Made by a program: the position numbers and the translations under genes. The notes below the pieces were generated by a model that worked only from the letters and a program-made list of their open reading frames with translations, did not search any database and was not told the origin of the DNA. A stretch of DNA of 20,000 nt from an uncultured virus (IMG/VR IMGVR_UViG_3300024343_000009). Its lineage: Duplodnaviria > Heunggongvirae > Uroviricota > Caudoviricetes. This document shows positions 16,166 through 20,000 of the stretch, piece after piece. Location: positions 51,571-71,570 of the IMG/VR virus record IMGVR_UViG_3300024343_000009. One strand, given 5' to 3'. Numbering within the stretch: the stretch's first letter is position 1; every line of letters starts with the position of its first letter.

Positions 16166-16330
16166 ATGGGCAATCCTAGGTATATGAATGAAGCCTGGCT
16201 ACGTGATCAATATGTGGCTCAGGAAAGAAGCATAGAGGATATAGCTCAAGATTGCAAAGTAACACAGGCAACCATCATAAGATGGCTTGATGAATATCGT
16301 ATTTACAGAAATTGGCGGAGATTGATGTGA
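16166..16330 (+). CDS. 54-aa helix-turn-helix DNA-binding protein, not in ORF track
   Basis: WLRDQYV-x4-SIEDIAQDCKVTQATIIRWL is a classic HTH pattern; promoter TTGTCA 16129-16134, 17 nt, TACAAT 16152-16157. Confidence 0.8.
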   Translation: MGNPRYMNEAWLRDQYVAQERSIEDIAQDCKVTQATIIRWLDEYRIYRNWRRLM

Positions 16331-16434
16331 GTAAAGAACCAAAGATTATGCGTATGGATTGGCGTTCATTAGGATATTGGCCTGTATATAAAGATGGAAA
16401 GCTTACATGGGAAAAGGATCCAAAGAATGATTGA
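16327..16434 (+). CDS. 35-aa hypothetical protein (MSKEPKIMRMDWRSLGYWPVYKDG...), not in ORF track
   Basis: GTGA overlap with the HTH stop; GGAG upstream. Confidence 0.6.
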   Translation: MSKEPKIMRMDWRSLGYWPVYKDGKLTWEKDPKND

Positions 16435-16699
16435 TTGGTTAGTTAATAGAATATTTCGGTGGGATCCACTAAGAAAAGCTATATTTGATGAAGTAAGATT
16501 ATATCAGTCTGTAGATAGATCAATGTGGGAATACGAAAAAGAAGGTCCATCTAATCTAACATGGTCTGAAGGCGATAAATGGTACGGATGGACATACAAT
16601 AGTAACGCTAAGCGTTATTACTTTGATGATATTGGTAATGAATCATTGATGGGCTTATGGGAAGATCAATGGGCAAGAGAAGAAGCGGAATCTAAATGA
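16427..16699 (+). CDS. Trp-rich hypothetical protein
   Basis: Start moved from 16394 to ATG 16427 (AAGGA SD, overlaps previous stop). Confidence 0.7.
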   Translation: MIDWLVNRIFRWDPLRKAIFDEVRLYQSVDRSMWEYEKEGPSNLTWSEGDKWYGWTYNSNAKRYYFDDIGNESLMGLWEDQWAREEAESK

Positions 16700-16926
16700 T
16701 GTGGTCATATGTTTTAGCAGCAATTGGCGTCACAGGCATATTCTTTGTAGGACGTAAGACAATATGGGGATGGCTAGTACTATTATTAAATGAATGTATC
16801 TGGATTGCATATGCATTAGCAACAGATCAATACGGATTTATCTTAATGGCTACGGCATATTCAGCTGTATACATTAAATCTTATCTCGCATGGAGACAAG
16901 AAGCAGCAAAAGGGATTTGGATATGA
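16696..16926 (+). CDS. Three-TM membrane protein, PnuC/SemiSWEET-like half unit
   Basis: Three hydrophobic helices; RKTIWGW, NECIW, QYG and terminal YxxW pattern. Confidence 0.65.
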   Translation: MMWSYVLAAIGVTGIFFVGRKTIWGWLVLLLNECIWIAYALATDQYGFILMATAYSAVYIKSYLAWRQEAAKGIWI

Positions 16927-17063
16927 AGAATCTAATTAAGTCTATTGTATGTCGATTTAAAGATCATGTGTTGGTTGCAGCAGGTTCATGCCCGTTTACT
17001 GGCAGAACTTATCAGCATTGCACACGTTGCATGGCCATGATCCCCGTAGAGGAGTTAGCATGA
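16923..17063 (+). CDS. 46-aa zinc-binding microprotein (C-x4-H...CPFTG...CTRC), not in ORF track
   Basis: ATGA overlaps at both ends. Confidence 0.7.
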   Translation: MKNLIKSIVCRFKDHVLVAAGSCPFTGRTYQHCTRCMAMIPVEELA

Positions 17064-17218
17064 TTTGTGGTCATTGCAAACAAAAGTCGGCAGACCTAGA
17101 GCTATTTGAAAGAAACAACTATGCCGCTTATACATGTCCAAGGTGCGTTAATTTCTTTAATAGTTTTGATAGAGTCCTAAAAGAGGACGGCGAACTAATA
17201 GATAGACTAAAAGACTAA
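17060..17218 (+). CDS. 52-aa zinc ribbon (CGHC...CPRC)
   Basis: GAGGAG SD before ATG 17060 (track start 16988 rejected). Confidence 0.7.
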   Translation: MICGHCKQKSADLELFERNNYAAYTCPRCVNFFNSFDRVLKEDGELIDRLKD

Positions 17219-17361
17219 TGTCTAGTTGTCCTATATGCTATTGCACAGTAGAAGAGAAGTTTATGTCTATGCATATTATGTGGCATGATGAAAATGATCC
17301 ACAAGAACAAGAGCCTGTTGATAACTATCAACCTATAGACAGGGTTGAGTATGAGTTATGA
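17218..17361 (+). CDS. 47-aa C2H2-like zinc-finger microprotein, not in ORF track
   Basis: CPIC-x11-H-x3-H; TAATG coupling. Confidence 0.65.
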   Translation: MSSCPICYCTVEEKFMSMHIMWHDENDPQEQEPVDNYQPIDRVEYEL

Positions 17362-17521
17362 GCAGGATGCTTGGACTAAAGCTTATTTAGAATCAGTTAG
17401 ACAGAGAAACAAAGATAGATTAAGTAAATGTTTTATCTGTAAAAAGCAGTCAACTACAATTACTGCTATATTACATAAAGTATTACCTGTATGTGATATA
17501 CATAATATTGATCGCAATTAG
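17351..17521 (+). CDS. 56-aa zinc-finger microprotein (CFIC...CDIH), not in ORF track
   Basis: Overlapping start; CxxC plus CxxH. Confidence 0.65.
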   Translation: MSYEQDAWTKAYLESVRQRNKDRLSKCFICKKQSTTITAILHKVLPVCDIHNIDRN

Positions 17522-17601
17522 TGAAGCAAAAAGTGCGGCGGAAAGTAGAGACCATTCAGTCACTACGTGACCTTAAATTATAGAAATGATACAATAGGAA
17601 C

Positions 17602-18366
17602 ATGAGCGAAAAGACAGGATATAAGCCAACTTCAGGAATGCAGTCTGCTGCACGTAGAGCAATTAAGCTCAAGGAGCAGGGTAAGGCAAATGGTGCAGGA
17701 ACTGCTGTAGGCTGGACAAGAGCTGGTCAATTAGCAAGAGGTGAATCCTTAAGCCTATCTACGGTTAAGCGTATGTATTCTTTTTTCTCTCGCCATGAAG
17801 TAGATAAAAAAGGCAAAGATTGGGATAATGCAGAGAACCCTTCAAATGGTAAGATTATGTGGCTTGCTTGGGGCGGGGATGCAGGATTCTCCTGGTCTAG
17901 AAAAATTGTTGAAAGAGAGAAGAATATGAAGAAGTCAGCAGAACTAAATGAATTTGTAGAAGAGATCAAGGATATTCTTGATGATGTAGTCAACCCAATT
18001 ACTAAAACAGTTAGCATTGAAATTGAAGAAGATGATATGGAAGATGATACAGAAGACACTGCAGGATGCGATTGTGAAGGTTGCATGGAGTGTAAGGCAA
18101 ATGGCGGATGCGATATGAAGAAGTGTAAAGGACATAAGGAAATGGCTAAGTCTGAAGAACTATCAGATGAAGAGATTTCAAAGAAGTATGTCTCTGATAA
18201 TGAAGAAGAGGACAACTGGGATAACATGCAGAAGGCTTGCTGGGCTGGATACAAGCAGGTAGGCATGAAGGATAAGAATGGTAAGCAAGTACCTAACTGT
18301 GTCCCAATTAAGAAGTCCCTATTTGGCACAGAAGGACCACAAACCCTAATCCCAAGAAACAAGTAA
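17602..18366 (+). CDS. Modular phage hypothetical protein
   Basis: N-terminal block GTAVGWTRAGQLA...TVKRMYSFFSRH...WLAWGGDAG; acidic and Cys-rich middle; C-terminal CWAGYKQVGMK...VPNCVP; leaderless TGATACAAT promoter. Confidence 0.8.
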   Translation: MSEKTGYKPTSGMQSAARRAIKLKEQGKANGAGTAVGWTRAGQLARGESLSLSTVKRMYSFFSRHEVDKKGKDWDNAENPSNGKIMWLAWGGDAGFSWSRKIVEREKNMKKSAELNEFVEEIKDILDDVVNPITKTVSIEIEEDDMEDDTEDTAGCDCEGCMECKANGGCDMKKCKGHKEMAKSEELSDEEISKKYVSDNEEEDNWDNMQKACWAGYKQVGMKDKNGKQVPNCVPIKKSLFGTEGPQTLIPRNK

Positions 18367-18367
18367 T

Positions 18368-18499
18368 ATGGGAATTCTAGACAATCTAGAAGCTTATATT
18401 GAGTTTGAGCCAACCTACAAGGTGGCTTGCTCAACATGTAATAAACTATTCGTTAAATCAACAGATGAACCATTTATCTGCTTGCTCTGTTCGCAATAA
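18368..18499 (+). CDS. 43-aa zinc ribbon (CSTC...CLLC), not in ORF track
   Basis: Starts 1 nt after the previous stop; two CxxC. Confidence 0.7.
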   Translation: MGILDNLEAYIEFEPTYKVACSTCNKLFVKSTDEPFICLLCSQ

Positions 18500-18514
18500 A
18501 GAGGGCGGGAACCA

Positions 18515-18766
18515 ATGGCATATAGCAGATTCTATGATAGCCATATATACATATATCCAAGTACAGAAGGATATATTACATGTGCTGGATGCTGGTTAAA
18601 TAAAGATAAGTCTGGTTTAAGTATATTTCCCAATAGTACCAATATAACTAATGATGATCAATTAAGAGATCATCTGGAAGCTCATTCCAAAGCTGGTCAT
18701 AGTATGCCAGAGAACTTGCTCCAAGAGATACTGGCTGATCCAGACAGATATGGAGCTATATCCTAA
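18515..18766 (+). CDS. Hypothetical protein (MAYSRF..., CAGC...H-x3-H)
   Basis: GAGGGCGG upstream; possible metal ligands. Confidence 0.75.
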   Translation: MAYSRFYDSHIYIYPSTEGYITCAGCWLNKDKSGLSIFPNSTNITNDDQLRDHLEAHSKAGHSMPENLLQEILADPDRYGAIS

Positions 18767-18775
18767 TATCCCCCC

Positions 18776-18815
18776 GCCTCTAAAAGTGTCTAAAAACCCC
18801 CTTAGAAGGCTTTTT
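18776..18815 (+). terminator. Possible terminator of the + strand block
   Basis: GCCTCTAA...TTAGAAGGC followed by TTTTT; loop is large. Confidence 0.45.
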
Positions 18816-18818
18816 CTA

Positions 18819-18851
18819 TGGAGTAAAGTGGAGTAATGTGGAGTAAAATGG
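18819..18851. repeat. 10-bp tandem repeat TGGAGTAAnn x3.3
   Basis: TGGAGTAAAG TGGAGTAATG TGGAGTAAAA TGG. Confidence 0.85.
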
Positions 18852-18975
18852 TTATAGATAAGTCGACAATTACTATAGTTATATATAGTTAATTATATCT
18901 ATGTAATTGAGCTTCCTTATAAGATGCCCGTAATGTCCAATTTGCTCCATTTGAGCATATAGACACATGGCATAT

Positions 18976-19023
18976 TTTCAGGGATTTGTCAATAGCCCTC
19001 GTAAATAGCATATTTTGCCCACA
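18976..19023. repeat. Tripartite repeat, copy 1
   Basis: TTTCAGGG-N15-TCGTAAA-N8-TTTGCCC-ACA. Confidence 0.8.
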
Positions 19024-19131
19024 TTGTCAAGCATTTTTTCATATAAAATTCTGACAAATTCTGGGTATATTATGCTAGATTATATATATGTTTTATATCA
19101 TTCTATATCTATTTGTCGACATTTCTACAAA

Positions 19132-19179
19132 TTTCAGGGATTTTTTAGATGCTGTCGTAAATAGGAAATTTTGCCCACA
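19132..19179. repeat. Tripartite repeat, copy 2
   Basis: TTTCAGGG-N15-TCGTAAA-N8-TTTGCCC-ACA. Confidence 0.8.
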
Positions 19180-19205
19180 TGTCCACACACAAAAAATCCA
19201 CAGGC

Positions 19206-19225
19206 TGTGGATAACCTGTGGATAA
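19206..19225 (-). promoter_or_regulatory. Two tandem perfect DnaA boxes
   Basis: TGTGGATAA (reverse complement of TTATCCACA) at 19206-19214 and 19217-19225. Confidence 0.75.
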
Positions 19226-19312
19226 TTTGGGCACATATACTAACCAACTAAGTATATGTTTGCCATATCTGAGTAATACTTAGATCTAATACAATCTGTT
19301 CGTTCAGATATA

Positions 19313-19621
19313 TTATTTAGGAAGCTTGATGTTTTCCCATATGTAAGTCTTGTTTAATTTATCTAATGTCTTGCTTAGTTCATTTGCTAGAAAGAGTCCT
19401 TCTGATGAGGTGTTGTTATTATATATACCAGAGGGGGTAAGTTCATCTTCATGTCGTCTCCCGCCCCATTTAATGATCTGGGCAACGAGTTCCATGATAC
19501 GGTCAGTGGTGTAGTACGGCTGGTCTGTAAGATAGCGAGCCAAGCTCGCTGCATTAAACCAATGGTCTTCTGTTAAATTAGTTAATTGTTCTGCTACTTT
19601 TTGTTCAGGTGTCTTACTCAT
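19313..19621 (-). CDS. Hypothetical protein
   Basis: 102-aa ORF with GAAAGGCGGAG SD and its own promoter. Confidence 0.8.
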   Translation of the reverse strand: MSKTPEQKVAEQLTNLTEDHWFNAASLARYLTDQPYYTTDRIMELVAQIIKWGGRRHEDELTPSGIYNNNTSSEGLFLANELSKTLDKLNKTYIWENIKLPK

Positions 19622-19645
19622 GTGCTCCGCCTTTCGTGACCTGTT

Positions 19646-19697
19646 AGTATATCAAAATTAGGGAGGGGTGGCAAGCCTGGAAGCTCAACCACCCCTC
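19646..19697 (-). promoter_or_regulatory. Minus-strand promoter overlapping a GC-rich hairpin
   Basis: TTGCCA (19674-19669), 17 nt, TG-A-TATACT (19651-19646); arms GAGGGGTGG 19663-19671 and CCACCCCTC 19689-19697. Confidence 0.75.
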
Positions 19698-19709
19698 GTT
19701 CTATTGGGG

Positions 19710-19856
19710 CTACTTAGCCTTGTTGGTCTTCTCGTCTGTAAATGTTACGCCCTTGTTGACAGCCTCCTGGAGAGCTACCTTAGCTGCTCCTGAGAAACGT
19801 CCACGGACTCCTACTGTAATGCCCTGCTGCTTTAGATATTCACGCTTTGTTGTCAT
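19710..19856 (-). CDS. 48-aa Lsr2 DNA-binding-domain-like protein, not in ORF track
   Basis: MTTKREYLKQQGITVGVRGRFSGAAKVALQEA matches the Lsr2 C-terminal pattern RE-x5-G-x2-V-x2-RGR; GAAAGGA SD. Confidence 0.75.
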   Translation of the reverse strand: MTTKREYLKQQGITVGVRGRFSGAAKVALQEAVNKGVTFTDEKTNKAK

Positions 19857-19892
19857 TTGGTTTTATCCTTTCGAGATAAGTTATTTTGGTTA

Positions 19893-19948
19893 AGTATATC
19901 AAATTTTCAGGGGTTTGTAAAGACCCTCGTAAACCAGGCAATTTGCCC
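19893..19948 (-). promoter_or_regulatory. Minus-strand promoter within tripartite repeat copy 3
   Basis: TTTACA (19921-19916), 17 nt, TG-A-TATACT (19898-19893); TCGTAAA 19927-19933 and TTTGCCC 19942-19948. Confidence 0.75.
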
Positions 19949-20000
19949 TTAGTTTAAATTTTTTTGCTCCATCCGATCTCTAATTAGTTTAGAGATAAGA

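Noticed and set aside
17727..18437. 236-aa antisense ORF
   Set aside because: Ser/Phe-rich mirror of the acidic + strand gene 17602..18366.
18399..18599. Track ORF 18399..18599 (+)
   Set aside because: Overlaps two better-supported ORFs (18368..18499 and 18515..18766).
18819..19948. CRISPR array
   Set aside because: Repeats are either 10-bp tandem without spacers or degenerate and irregularly spaced; no cas genes.
19976..19996. Hairpin ATCTCTAA/TTAGAGAT at the window edge
   Set aside because: AT-rich 8-bp stem with no visible context; may lie within a gene beyond the window.
1..20000. Stop-codon reassignment or suppressor tRNA
   Set aside because: Recognisable genes are full length in code 11 and end in TAA, TAG and TGA; anticodon UAA reads Leu UUA, not a stop.

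Overview
AT-rich dsDNA phage segment, most likely from a large tailed phage of Actinobacteria (WhiB, an Lsr2-like mini-protein, many leaderless genes, short-arm tRNA-Leu(UAA)). Bases 1-18766 are densely coded on the + strand: the C-terminal part of a terminase large subunit, six tRNAs, Dps, CHAP endolysin, SNase nuclease, Hsp20 with a ROSE-like leader, an FmdB zinc ribbon, a large exported PA14-domain protein followed by two small membrane proteins, WhiB, an HslV/proteasome-beta-like protease, a subtilase, thioredoxin, an S-layer-like exported protein, and many small, often Cys-rich ORFs below the 60-aa ORF-track cutoff. A ~540-bp non-coding region (18767-19312) holds 10-bp tandem repeats, tandem perfect DnaA boxes, palindromes and a tripartite repeat. 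Beyond it, minus-strand genes with near-consensus promoters converge on it, including an unannotated Lsr2 DNA-binding-domain-only gene. Best leads: promoters embedded in long hairpins, the DnaA-box/repeat region next to mini-Lsr2, the candidate host-surface cassette, and the Hsp20 thermometer. All family calls come from motif recognition by eye, not database searches.
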